Shown here in pieces: positions 35,901 to 48,800 of a stretch of DNA of 64,000 nucleotides. A program made the translations under genes and the position numbers. This DNA comes from Minutocellus sp. GHC0000111 (Eukaryota). A model generated the notes under the pieces. That model saw only the letters and a list, made by a program, of their open reading frames with translations. It was not told the origin of the DNA and searched no databases. The DNA lies in assembly GCA_977018835.1 (NCBI GenBank), contig OZ361256.1:7192001-7256000 (forward strand), written 5' to 3'. How positions within the stretch are numbered: the stretch's first letter is position 1; the number at the start of each line of letters is the position of its first letter.

Positions 35901-38900
35901 ATCATCTATGTGCTGCACTGTTCCTTCTAATAGCCCCAATCGCTTCAGTCTGTTTTGTATGAAGCTCTCACTTGTAAGCAATTCAAGACCCTTGTCACTT
36001 AAATTCCCCAAAAACATGTGTTTGATGATATTTCGCATAATAAATTGTGTCTCCTCTTGGTAGGCTCGGTCCTTGCTCCATCGATCTCGGCGCGATCCAA
36101 TACCTGAAAGATATTCTTGATAACCCTGGACTAGCGTCACGCTCCAGGGCTGCTTTTGTGCATTCTCGTCCTCGTCGATCTCGTCGTCGCCTAACATTGA
36201 TATTTCAGCCTCGAGATCCTGCAGTTTCAGCGATACCTTGACCAAAACATCGTGAGCAACGGCGTATCCAGTAACTTTGTTCGAATCACCGTTGTCGCAA
36301 GAAATAGAGCGCAACAATCCCAAGGCAACAAGGCAGTCCGCAACAAAGGATGACCGAGAGACTCCATTGTCGTCGGATGCTAAACACTTTTCAATCTCCA
36401 TCAAATTATCAACTGGAACTTCTTCGCTGCTCAAAAGACCATCCCAAAATATAGTGGCGATTGTTGCAGGGACATATTGACCGTCGATGGATGACCAAGA
36501 CGAGGTCGGATCAAAAAATAGGCCAACAAATGCAGAGAAGCAAAGATGAAGGACAGACCCCACTCCTCCCGAACTGACGAACAAATGACGCAAACTCTCC
36601 TCAACAACAAGTAAAGTCCTTTCCTCTTCAGATGTACATGATTGCTTCGAGAGCATCGTTAATCTTTTCATTAGGGACGCGGTTGTTGAAGATGCAATGG
36701 TACTAGTAGTTTGACCATCATCGCCATCGAAAATTAGTGCGGGAGCTGAGCAAAAATGTCCAATACACTTGAGACACAACGGGGTATATGCTCAATCTTT
36801 ACCCCGGGCAACAATCGAGTCTAGCTTGTCAATCTGGCCAGATGATTCGTTGAAAATCATTGTATTTGCTTCATGGTCCGAAAGAAGACCAACCTCAACA
36901 ATCCTTGACCAATGCGGAAGATTTTGAGACTCAATTTTGTGTTGTGTTGACATTGACGTCGTGACGAGGACATGGCTTTGCCAGGAAGAAAGCTTTTTGG
37001 CAAATCCCCCTGACACAGACTTAATCGGTCGGAACCATTTGGCATTCCCAATATTATCTAATCCGTCGAGAATGAATAGAATTCGACGGGAAGAAAGTTG
37101 CAGGTGGGCATAAAAGTCTCTCTGTAGATCCAACATCAATTGATATTCGTCGTCATCGTCCACCTCTGGGCTTAAAGCATAGAGTTCAGCATCAAACGAT
37201 GCTGCAAGAGACGATAGCTTCCTTGAGGGCGACACCAGTGCCAACTGGTCACAGACTACGTCGTACAGACTGATCAATGTGCGGTAATCGATCTTCTTTT
37301 TCGATGGATGATTCATATTCAACCAGACAACACCGTCAGGGAACGTGGTATGAATGAAATCATCTTCCTCGTCAACGCTTTCATCTCTGCCAGATCGAAC
37401 CACGAGAGAAGCCAACGTTGACTTCCCTATTCCCATTGCGCCACAAATGAGTGTCATATCAGAGTCACGTGGTTCATCCAAATCATTCCCACCGGTATTG
37501 GCGATTGTATCCATAATTTGATGTATGATGTCGAGTCGAGGAAGGCAAGCATCTGGTAGATCGGGGATGAAGTCATACATGCGCACAAACGCATCTGGCC
37601 GGTGTGAGTCTATTGTTTTTCCGAGAAATCTTTTCGCCAGCGCAATCACCGACATTGCAGCAAGTGCAAAGCTGACGCTGGTTGGTACGAGCTGCATGTA
37701 GGTGAGGTAGATAAAAATGGAGAAGAAAAAGAAAATCAACCTGTTCTTGTTTCTCCGCCAAAGGAACAGCCCAGAAAGCACATCTCTGACCCTATCGATG
37801 AATGACTGATCAACCATGTCCTCATCAATATCATCGTCCGGAATTTCTGATTCCAAATGTCGATCTGGAAGGAGCTCCTTTATTTTTCGTCGCTTCCTGA
37901 TGAAGGCAGCCACAATTGCGGTAATGCTGTCAGCGGCATCAAGGGCACCAACAGAGAGGATCTCCGGGATTGTCGCGTGCAGCAAGTAGTCAACAGCATC
38001 GTGCTTGCCGCCGAGAGACTGAGGTTGGATTACAGACGTTGATATCGACCCAGTCAGATCTGTGAGGATGATGTCGACATTTGCCATCCAATCTAGTAGT
38101 TGGGACAGTTTCTCTTGATTCATTTCATCGATAACGGCTCTTTGGTTCGACGCAGGAATATCTAATTCTGCAGCAACGTGATCGGGGCAATTCCTACTGG
38201 ATCTTTGTAGCTGGCCAGAGTCAGCACCGCCAGGAACTGGAGCCTCTTTCACGATAAGCTTTCCCAACTGCATTGCAGCAAGGGCACCTCTTTGGTTCAT
38301 CGGATTCAAATCATCGCCACCATCAAGGGCCACTATTTGCTCCATCTCGGAATGCAAAGACATAATTTTCAGATAGTTCTCGTCGCTTTCCAAAGTGTCT
38401 TGACGTGAGTGGTCTTCTTGTGTCCGTTCCACTATGCACGTGCCATCTCCCAGTACCGAAAGGACGAGGCGAAAAGATGCAATGGCGGCATTGATCGCGT
38501 CATTACCACCAGCGTCTTCCTCCTCGGTGCCACCAAGAAGCTCCCCAATGGATATAGCTACAGCACTGGAATCAGCCGAATTCATGGCCACAGATGATAA
38601 AGTGCCATCCGCAAATAACGATCGAGTATCATTGTCTTCTTCGTACATCAAAATGAGGGATATTTGCTCAGACAAATACTCGAGAAGCTGAACAATGCGA
38701 CTGGCCACGGCTTTGTGTTCAATGGACGATGACGGACCCGTGAGCCAGATAAGTTGTGCTTGAATTTTGATAAAGATGGCATGAAGATGCGGAACATACG
38801 GTAGTACTTTGCGAATGGGGTGTGATGGAGGAATTGTGATTCGAGCGTCCCCTTTGCGCGCCAAAGTTTCCGCGCCTGCATGCAGCATAATGTCGAATCC

Positions 38901-39764
38901 CTGCCGACCGTCTCTACTCATCATACGACGGTGCAAATGCCGATCAGAAATAACCTTTTCCTCAAACGAGGAGATAGACGAAGGAGAAATTGGTTCTGCG
39001 CTGCTATTTCCACCTCCGCCACCATCGGCATAAATTTCTGACAATCCAGTCATCGTGTTGGCACCGCTTCCCGCATCGGTGGCGCTAGATGCAATGGCCC
39101 CATCACTCTCATTCCTGTTGGACACCCTTGCCTCTCGAACTATATCACGTAGATCTATCAAAGCTTTGATCATTTCATCTTCTTGAAGGCCGGCCAATTC
39201 TTCACCCGTCACGCTGTCCGCGTCCAAACCAGTAAGTTAATCATCGTCATTGCCCGATGCCGGCGTTGTCGGCGCAGTCACACCCGTTGCGGGCGTAGAG
39301 GCCGAAGCATCCATGCTCCGACCTGCCATAATGTCAGATTTTGCATTAAGTGCGTCCTCCGTCGTGAAATCCAGTCTCCTTCCAAGAATTTCACTCGTTG
39401 CATCTGCAACCCGTCGGTCGGTCGTTGGTGTTTCAAGCGCTTTGCTTATTGTTTCATTGAGGACAACGGAGCTGTGAGATGCATTTTCATCTTCACTTTC
39501 TGCATCACATATTCCTGCCACAACACTCCCCACGTGATTCGTCTTGAGTTGCATTGGATCTGGCAAGTTTGCCGTCGTCGGGAATGTAGTTGCTGGTGGA
39601 CTCTCAAGTACGTCGGTTGGGAACACACCCGAGGCAGAGCCAAGGGAACGAACACGTGTGGTGTTGGATACGTTAATATTACTTTCGATGGGCTGATCAT
39701 CACCACATTTGTCGGCATTGGTCCCATCGCGGCGACCCCGCTCATCAATGGAGCCGGAACTCAT
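32923..39764 (-). pseudogene. Large STAND/NB-ARC NTPase with C-terminal TPR repeats, disrupted (intron 34064-33952)
   Basis: Walker A GAMGIGKST, FPDGVVWL, Walker B ILFILDGL, VLVTT, GLPL-like KD*AYTPLCL, and TPRs (FGSDSVEVAVVLHFLG, FGEDHEDTAHTLHCIG). In-frame stops at 39237-39239 and 36792-36794; frame breaks around 34400-34800. Confidence 0.75.
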
Positions 39765-40138
39765 CTCCTATGGCAACTCGATCGCCACGCAGCAGCAGCA
39801 ACGTGCAACAACTCCAAACAAGCACAGGATGAAGCACAACTGCGGCCCGGCCAGTCGATATGCGTCAAAAAATAGGTCGATCAAGAAAGGCCAATAAAGC
39901 AGACCAGAAGTACTATAACGGCAAGTCAACAGCAATTAGAGAAGCGAGGATAGGATGACAGTTTCGCTAGGGGAGCATGCGTGTCCGTCGTATCTGTGGT
40001 GGTTGAAGGGCGGCCGGTGCATTCGATCGAGCATTGCTGGCAAAGTGGCAGAGAGCAAAATTCAAATCGCACGCGCACGATTTTTATGACGCATCATTTC
40101 ATCATGGAAATCATCGGATGCCGGCGGCGCCATTGGCG

Positions 40139-40181
40139 CATCCATCCTTCCATCCATCCATCCATCCATCCATCCATCCAT
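40139..40181. repeat. (CATC)n tetranucleotide repeat
   Basis: Directly visible, with one interruption. Confidence 0.9.
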
Positions 40182-40340
40182 CCCCCATTCAACAAGCTCA
40201 GCACTCCGATAGAAAGTTTCGGAGGCATCGATACACATACTGCCTGAGGTCTCTGCCCGAGTCTTACCGGTACTGCTTCCAGCTCAAGTACGTACACGTA
40301 ATAGATCTTACGGCATACATTGTGTAGCTAAATGTGTATA

Positions 40341-41090
40341 TGTTAGTCCCAAAATGCGCACTGTCCCAGTTCGCGAACTGGGATCCCAGTTTGCGAACTA
40401 GGATTTATTTATCCCAGTTTGGAAACTGGGATCATAGGCACAATCTCAGTTTGCAAACTGGGATCAATCGAGAAATAATGAATATTTAGCATGGATGATA
40501 TCGCCTTTGCTTCTCCTCGCTTCATTTTTTCATAGTGAAGCAACACAGCCCAAACCTGTTCCAGACGTCCAGACGACATTAGTGCCGGAGCTGATACTCA
40601 ATAAATTGGCATTAGCTGATACTAAATACATATAGTGAAAAAATTATAATATCTAGCTAGCTGCTTCTGGCAAATATAAGTCATGAACTGTACATGCATC
40701 TGTGCTATGCCGGCATCATGTTGCTACTGTACCAGTACATGTAGCTTGCAAATTCAAGATATGATGCACAGTGCAACTTGTATTGTAGATAGATCTACCA
40801 GTACATAATCATTGTGCATGAGCCAACACCGGCAGATACCATTCTGACACTTGCCGAGAATGCCAGTTTCCAAACTGGTATTCATTTTTGTTCCAGTTCG
40901 CGAACTCGTCTGGTTCCCAAATTCGGATTGGCGTGTTTATCTCAGTTTCCATTCTGGTAGTATCAGTGCGCAAACTGAGATCCTAGTTTGGGAACTGGGG
41001 CCCAGTGCGCAAACTGGGATAAATGAATCTCAGTTCGCAAACTGGGATCCCAGTTCGCGAACTGGGACAGTGCGCATTTTGGGACTAACA
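40341..41090. mobile_element. 750-bp MITE / non-autonomous DNA transposon with long TIRs
   Basis: 59-bp perfect (about 90-bp imperfect) TIR starting TGTTAGTCCCAAAATGCGCACTG, flanked by TATA on both sides. AT-rich non-coding interior. Confidence 0.9.
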
Positions 41091-41322
41091 TATATATACA
41101 TGTAAGTAGCCTACTAGATCTAATGACATTCTTTGCTGATTTGTAACATGTAAGTAGATCTCTAATCAGATGAAACGGAGAAGACAAACTTTATGAAAAT
41201 TAATTGGTACATGTATCTACGATTTTAGTTTGTTACTGGGATGCGCGAAATGAAATTCGTGGTGGTAAGCTACAGCATGATGTACACGTCTACGTAGAAA
41301 ATTGTCATACATGTTCAGTACC

Positions 41323-42760
41323 CTAATCCAAGATATCCTCGACACTGGTAATGCCATACGCAGGCGGAATGCCCGAGGTCATTCTCGTCTTGAGGCAGGC
41401 CTCCAGGTCAATTTTGTTGTCCTTTGTCAGGAACTTGTCACCTCGGATTTCTTGCGTCCAATTGATGACCCGTCAATGAAAGGAACTTCGACATTGAGCT
41501 GCTCGGCGATCCACTTTGCTATCAGGATCCCGTACGGAATATCGTCCGTGAAGAAGCGAGAATGAATGGCCAACATGTAGGTACCATCCTCCAACTGTTC
41601 AGTGGGAGTTTTGATCCTGCCTAGCTGCTGAGAAGCCAGGACGTCATCATTGGCAGATTTGTGCGTCAGCCGCTCCAGAGCAAGGTAGTCGAGCATGTAC
41701 TTGAAGGGACGATCCGGAAAGTGCTTGCGAATGGCATTTCGAACGGTTGTGAAATCGTCGTCGAGTCGCTTCACGCAATCAGCCGATAGCTGATCGAAAT
41801 CCTTGTAGAAGAACGGGACTTCATCATATGTCTTCCACTTGCCACCATATCGCTGCCACAATCCATAGCAGCGTCCAGGATGGATAATCTGATTGTCTGT
41901 GCTCAGCGACAGTGAGATGAAGGAGCAGGCCTGGACGAAGCGGCCAGTTCCAAACTGCTTGTAGCAGATATCGTACAAGAAGATTTCGTTGAGACGATCA
42001 AACTTCTCGTGCGGTGTCACGGCAGCGATGTTCACTTGCTTGCCGCCATAATTAAAGCCCAGACTTCCATACTTTTCCGTGCGGCAGATCCAGGGGATGA
42101 GACCGACGGCGAAGGCGACGGTATTGCTCAGGCCGAATTCCTTCTCCATCTCGTGGACCATCCAGTTGAAGCCAGCCTGACCAAAGATGGTACCGACAAA
42201 GACCTCCTTCTTGGACTTGTCAATGTAGGGAGCGAGACGGAACAAGGCGTCACGGTATTGATGGACGGGCATGCACAGGACGATGATGTCGGCGTCGGGA
42301 ATGACGTCGGCTGGGTTGGAACTCTTCTTCTGGATTTTTCCATGGTAGGACTTGAGTGTCTCACCCGCCATGTTCTGCACTTCACAAGTGACGGTGTCAT
42401 CCCAATCGTCAGGGCGTCGAGTCATGAGGTTGACATTGTGATTCGTCTCCCCAAGGAAGGGAATGAGAACGTGGGCGGAGTTTCCTCTGTGCGTGAAAAA
42501 CAGTGAGGGATGAAAGGAATATGGAGGAGGAATGGAAATGAGATCAAGCGGAACAAGAAGCATGTTGACACGAAAGCGAAAAGCGCTCGGCGCTCCATTT
42601 ATCTGAATGGAAATGAGATCAAGCGGAACAAGAAGCATGTTGACACGAAAGCGAAAAGCGCTCGGCGCTCCATTTATCTATGCAAGAGGATCAAGTTGAA
42701 TCCAAAAGATGCGACAACTCACCCTCCAACAACGGTAACAGTAAGGGGATCTCCGAGCAT
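41323..42760 (-). pseudogene. NAD-dependent opine (octopine/tauropine-type) dehydrogenase, 2 exons (intron 42722-42487), C-terminal frameshift
   Basis: Spliced N-terminus MLGDPLTVTVVGG/GNSAH (Rossmann motif), plus GLIPWICR, NQIIHP and SRFFTDDIPYG. After a 1-nt frameshift near 41470 the frame resumes VINWTQEIRG..SGIPPAYG to a TAG at 41323. Confidence 0.85.
42530..42679. repeat. Perfect 75-bp tandem duplication inside the opine dehydrogenase intron
   Basis: 42530-42604 is identical to 42605-42679. Confidence 0.95.
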
Positions 42761-43223
42761 GTTGGTAGTTTGTTGCAATTGACGCGAGTAAGTTGTGGTA
42801 TGGTGTGGTTGATTTCTTTCGATTTATGGCGCCATCCTCCAGTTTTTCGTTCGAGATCGGTCGGATTTGCAGTTGAATGAGAACCCCAACTGTATGTACG
42901 TACGTACCGTAGCTAGCTTCCTCGAATGCGAACCGTGCTGACCTTGACGCGATCTGCCGGCGCCTGCTCTTCTGCTGCGCAGCTGCTGCCTTCTGCTGCC
43001 GCCACAAGAAATCAGCAACTCGCTCAAAAGAAATCACTTCAAAAAGCCGGCGGCATTTCCCCTTGAATCATTTGGTCGTCTATTGCTTTTGTTCAACAAC
43101 TACAATATGTTGTCGTTTCTGACGACAATACAGAACCGAACCGCTACTACTACTATCGCTACAAACAAATACCAAACACCATCACCATCAATATCATCGA
43201 CGCTATCACGAGCGCCACAACAG

Positions 43224-45317
43224 ATGCAATTTTATCCACTAACCTGGCTCGGGGCCATTGCTGCCTCGGCAGTATTCGGCAAAACCGAAGCCAGAGCAAT
43301 CTATTCTGCCGGTCGATCATCATCACTCCCTAGTTTCGTTTCGACCAGCACAACATTTCGATCCAGATCCATAACAGCGGCCGCCGGAGCAACAGTGTGG
43401 ACTTCTCGTTATCATGCGGTCTCACCTCCAAACGGTGCAGTGCTATCGATTGCGCCCATCAGTACCTTCTCATTTGGATGGAGAAGCAAAGGAACCACAG
43501 CTACGAGTTCAACAGCACTAGATTCTTCAACGAAAGGAGAAGATGAAGGCGATGTCCCCAACAATGGTCCTCCACCTCCAAGGATCGCGGTAATTGGAGG
43601 CGGGATTGCAGGAGTGACGGCAGCAAGGTCCATTGCCAAAGAATTGGCGACGAGTAGCAAGTCTACCATTAAAAATGCAGACATTGTTGTTTATGAAGGA
43701 GATGCAAATGGAGGGCCACTGAAGGAACCCTTCGATATCCAACGAAAGACGCAGCCTGTATGGGGAGCCGCGACGGCCAAAAATGCCAACTCATTAGTAC
43801 CCGGAGTTGCAATGCACGTGATGAGTCAGAGAAGTACCCTGATGGAGATTGCTGAGGATACGATCAATGAGTGGCTCATGCTCAAGTTCGAAGCGCTCAA
43901 GGGGTTTGTATCGGAATCTTTGGTTCCGATCAAGAAGCTTGACGACTTCAAGGTCATCCCGCCGTACTTTGCCTTTCATCCCCTAAAGTGCTTGGGACCT
44001 ACAGCGACGATGGAGGAGCGATGGACATTCCTTACCTTTCTTCGACACTTTGTGGTGACTTCACTGCTATCCGGAGAAAAGGAGGCTCATGACAGAGGGT
44101 TGTTCATCTTTCAACTCGCCAAGGCGAACCGAGAAATTCTTCGTCGTGATGTGGCCAAGATAGATGCACTACAAGAGAAGATTGGTCTGGGCAATGGGTT
44201 CATGTCACTGCATAGGACCAAGGACAAGGCCGAAAGTGCTGCAAAAGAGGCCACGGAACATGGCGAAACATCGAATACTCTTACCTGGGAGGAAGCGACT
44301 GAACTGGAACCTCGAATTAAGACTCTGCCGATTGAAGCTCTCTACGCAACCCATCGTCCAAATGACAATACTGCCAACTGTGCAACTTATATCCGTGAAA
44401 TGATCCGCGAGTGCCAGGAAGATCTTGGCATAAAGTATATGCGTGATGAGGGTAGCAAAGTTGCCGACATATTTCGATTACAGCCATTGGACGTGCCGAA
44501 ATTTCGGGTGACCCTCCAAGACGGTACAACCAGCGATTATGATTACGTCGTCCTCGCGGCAGGAATAAGAACTCCGCTTATTGCGAGAAAGCTTGGTGTT
44601 GGGGCATCTTGTCCTACGTATCCTCTTCGTGGATTTTCTCTGACTTTATACACAGACGCAAAAAGTGACGAAGAAATGAAAGCTCTCAAGGTAGGAGGCA
44701 AGTCTTCCAACCTCCTCAATAGACCCATATCAATCGATGCAATGTATTGTTCATCGGTTGGACCCAACATGGCCCGTATCGCTGGATTCGGAGAGCTGGT
44801 TGGGTACGGTGACAAAGTCAAGGATGTGCCTTCTGTTGGTCCACGAGTGATGACTCGGTACGTCCGATCTCTCTTCCCCGAGGCAACGATCAAAGATGAT
44901 CAAGCCATCCAGTGTTTTCGCCCTTTGAGCCCCGATGATCTACCATTGGTTGGCGAAGTCGATAGTATTCCTGGCTTATTTCTGCACACTGGTCACGGTA
45001 CTCTTGGCTGGACCATGTCGCTTGCAACTGGGCAGTGTGTCGCCCAGGCAGTACGTGATAGGGTGAACAACGTCCAACCTGAGAAGCACTTTGTGTTGGA
45101 AGATGGTTCTACGATTGATCGGAACGTTCTCTCTCCAAACAGATTCACCCGAGGCTTGATTGCGCCTATAAGTTACAAGAGTGGCATAGGTGGTGATAAT
45201 GATGAAAATGAGAAGAATTCAAGTGCTGGTATTGGCGATGCTCATCATCATCACGGTTCCACTGTCACCCTGGCCGAAGCCGCCGGTGCCGCCGGTAATG
45301 CCAAGAAGTACCGGTAA
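43224..45317 (+). CDS. FAD-dependent D-amino-acid dehydrogenase-like (DadA/DAO family) with bipartite presequence
   Basis: Signal peptide MQFYPLTWLGAIAASAVFG and an S/T/R-rich extension. IAVIGGGIAG, YPLRGFSLT, CFRPLSPDDLPLVG and TGHGTLGWTMS motifs. Intact. Confidence 0.85.
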   Translation: MQFYPLTWLGAIAASAVFGKTEARAIYSAGRSSSLPSFVSTSTTFRSRSITAAAGATVWTSRYHAVSPPNGAVLSIAPISTFSFGWRSKGTTATSSTALDSSTKGEDEGDVPNNGPPPPRIAVIGGGIAGVTAARSIAKELATSSKSTIKNADIVVYEGDANGGPLKEPFDIQRKTQPVWGAATAKNANSLVPGVAMHVMSQRSTLMEIAEDTINEWLMLKFEALKGFVSESLVPIKKLDDFKVIPPYFAFHPLKCLGPTATMEERWTFLTFLRHFVVTSLLSGEKEAHDRGLFIFQLAKANREILRRDVAKIDALQEKIGLGNGFMSLHRTKDKAESAAKEATEHGETSNTLTWEEATELEPRIKTLPIEALYATHRPNDNTANCATYIREMIRECQEDLGIKYMRDEGSKVADIFRLQPLDVPKFRVTLQDGTTSDYDYVVLAAGIRTPLIARKLGVGASCPTYPLRGFSLTLYTDAKSDEEMKALKVGGKSSNLLNRPISIDAMYCSSVGPNMARIAGFGELVGYGDKVKDVPSVGPRVMTRYVRSLFPEATIKDDQAIQCFRPLSPDDLPLVGEVDSIPGLFLHTGHGTLGWTMSLATGQCVAQAVRDRVNNVQPEKHFVLEDGSTIDRNVLSPNRFTRGLIAPISYKSGIGGDNDENEKNSSAGIGDAHHHHGSTVTLAEAAGAAGNAKKYR

Positions 45318-45860
45318 ATATATCTTTGGAATACGTAGATACCTACTAGGTCTAGTAGCTAGGTACGCCAAGCTCCACTCGACTGTATAATAGAATCTTT
45401 ATTCGCATTCTTGCTTATTTTTCATCATTATTACGATTGATTCGATTCGGTCATCAACCTGAAACACCGAACGCTGGGTCAAGCAATCTCGAGCTACGTA
45501 CCTACGTACGGACAAGCTGAGCACAGCTACACGTACAACAACAACAATCACACGTTTACACCCATTAGAACTACCTAGGTATTCCCAATGGAGGCCTCAA
45601 TAGCGGCTTTTATTTCCTGACCACCGCGGTTCACCGAAGATCGCCCGTGTCATGGAGCCGAATCTCGTCTATACATGCATATATACATGTAGTAGATTCG
45701 TACCCGTCTAAACCAATGCTGTCCAAAATCCTGGCGGTTGTAGACAAAGATGGATTCAGGGGATGACATGACTTCTCAGAGTCTTGCCGAAAGTATAGGT
45801 TCCAAGCTCGATACATGATGTAGATCGACTGGAGCGCCCGTTAACACTAATCGTCTCAAA

Positions 45861-48800
45861 TTATTGCCACAAGGAGCGCGAGTTTGCCATGAGGACATGA
45901 TGCTCATACTCTTCGTATGTTTCACAAACAGTACCGTCCTGTAGAACTCGTCGTACAGTCCGTTGGTGAGCGGGGAGTTTCCGATCGGTGGTGCGAAAGG
46001 CCGGAGGCAGTTTCCGGCTCCGCCCCACCGTGCCTTTTATCCAAAGGCCCAGAAGTTCCATATCTGATCCAAGGGCAGTTTTTGTTCGATCCTCTCCCCA
46101 GATTCGACTGAGGGCGTTCACAACTGTGCGAAGCCACGACCGTTGGTAGTACGGGGGCTTGTCAAGGAGTGACTCGAGAGGATCTTCGAACAAGAAGCGA
46201 TATCTTTTGGGGAGAAATCGCCGATTACGTCTCCAATGGTGAGAAATTCTCGCCCGAAGACTGGCTTTGGCATTTTGTTCGGCTGGAGAGTCTGCTGGAT
46301 TCATATGGAAGTTGCGAAGTTGCCAGAGGTCCCACGATACGTCGTAGAGCTTGACAATGAGGGCCGCAACCAGACGTCGAGGTGATGCCCGGCTTCCGAT
46401 TGACTTGAGGTATGAGGTCTGGATTTCGAGCCATCGAGTGGAGAGTCGTCCTTCGAGTACGCAGGCCCAACCGATGCCGGTTTGGTCACGGTAAGCAGCA
46501 GCCACTTCATTGCCAAAACGTGCCTGGAGACTCGTCGCCTTGGCCTTGGTGCCGGTCCGCCAGTGGGATACGCCCGTGATGAGACCGTCCATAATTTTCG
46601 GTGCCATCTTGTTCTTGCGTCCCCATGATCGAACAATACCAGCAAGCCGCTTCCAAGCGTCGTCGCCGTGAGGGCATCGCAGCACATGTCTTGAGTCCTC
46701 TTCTAGGGCTCCACACCGTGCGCATCCCGGTGATGCAACTTGATTTCGCTGGTGAAGGCGACTTGCAGTTGCGCCGTGATTGGAAACGAATTTAGTGACG
46801 AAGGCTGCCCGAGCGTGCGTCATTCTCATTGCAGCCAGCCCGAGCATGGGCCAGTCAATGTGCCGTTGGAACCGCCGGGGAAATTGGCCCTTGCCTACCC
46901 AATAGTCGATCGTCTGCTGGCCTAGGCAGACTGATTCCAGCCGTTCGATAAGCTTGTTGCTCATCTTGATGCCGCCCTCAAGCACCCTGATCGTCCCTTC
47001 TTGTTCCACCTTTGGTTGGAGGTATGCCCGCCAACCTTCGGATTCGATCTCTTGCTGGAAGTGAGAGCTATTTAGGGCTGCCTCCTCGTTCCATCGCTCA
47101 CCCGCTAGACGATCGACGATCGTGTTCAATTGCGCCCACCGATCCATTTGGTCGTACGTGAGGCCCTTCTTTGTGTCCTGATGGCCATGTACGTGGCGCC
47201 AGCGCCAGGTGATCTGACTTGAACGAAGCTTGGACTTGATGGCCGTGATGATATCAAATTGTTTCTGCTTGGATTTGACGCGGCTTTCCTCATCCATACT
47301 GCGATATAGGGCAGATTCCCCGTCGCAAGCGATGGTGATGCTGCCCTTGTCGATATGATGGTACTTGCAGATATCCTCAACCGCACAGACGATAGCATAC
47401 AGCCCAGCGAGTTCACTTCGATAGGCACTCTGGTCCTCCTCAATGCCGGGGACTCTGTTAGTACCGAGGATCCAGTGATGTTCTTCGATTGCACCCTCGA
47501 GGACAAAGGCTGCGGTGCCAAGATCATCCTTGTAGCTACCGTCGCTGACCGCTTTTGCCGTCCCATTGCGTATGCACTCCGCCAGGTATGCGCCGTCGTC
47601 GTCGTTGTTCCACGCCGAGGTAGCCCAACTGCGGCCTGGCCGTGGAGCGAGTATCAGTTGGACCAAGGAAGAGTGTCGGCACTCAGCTTGGCCAGTCAGC
47701 GTATCGGCCGTGCCGGTGTGATATATGGTCACTGCACTTCGCCTCTCCACTATGGTTCTTCGAGCCGTCGATGGAGGCGCCTGTTGGCTCCGTCCTTGCC
47801 GAGCAAAGTTCTTTCCAATCGATCGCCGAGATCGCGAGGAGCGGCAGACGTATATGTTCCATCCGTCTCCGTCAGATGGTACCTCATAGATGCGCCCCTC
47901 AGCTTCATCCAGCATCCACGGCCATGACTGCGCCTCCTTGATCCAGCGTCCGAGGGGTTGGATTAATCGATGCCTCTTGGAATCGGTGAGGTAGCACCGA
48001 GAAATTGCCTCATCCCACGTGGACCAGGCTTGTTGAGAAGGCGGTCCTTGACCTGGCCAGAGGTACCGTCGAGAAGATGGCGAGTCAGGTCGTTCATGAT
48101 TGAGGATCCTCCGAAGCATCGATTTTCCGTCGCCTGAGGCAATGTCGGCAGCGGTGACGATCTGCAGGTACATGCGACACCGATTCAATTGAGCCAGAGC
48201 CTCGCCAGAGTATCCGGCGTCAATGAAGGACTCCATCAGGAATGAGTCTCCCTCGCGTTGGAGGCGTAGATCTGGAGTCCTCTCCTCCACTCTAATCTTG
48301 CTTTCCCAGAGAAACTCCCATGTGCACGTCCACCAGGTATCAGTAGCATATCTCCGAAAAATCTCAAAGTCCTTGGTGAAAAGAGAGCCACCGACGCCCA
48401 GTTCCAGCTTGTGCGCCTCGATGCCAGCGCGGAGGTGATTGCCAGTGATAGAGTCCTCATGTCCGTGGTCAAGGAGCACTTGAAGGTGCTTCTCCCCTTG
48501 AACAAAATACAGGTCGGGTGAGCCAAGCCCTTGCATCGACTTTGGGCCGTTGACGAGCTCCCGAGGGAGATTCGACGGCAGGCCCGATTGCTTCAGGCCA
48601 GCTTGAAGGGCCGGAGCCTCGATGTGCTTGCATTGTCTCTTGTTCAAAGTTGTCGCTGCTAATGGATATTCCAGCGACTTGCGGACGGTGGTCTGATAGT
48701 ACTCCCATGCCTCGGCGGGCCGGATGTGCCTTGACCTCACGGCACTGGCCCATTCCTCGGTGATCGATCGTAACTTCTTAACCTGGTCGCGGCTGTTGCC

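Noticed and set aside
40341..41090. CRISPR-like array of palindromic repeats
   Set aside because: The repeats form terminal inverted arms with irregular spacing, no unique spacers and no cas genes, in a eukaryotic context.
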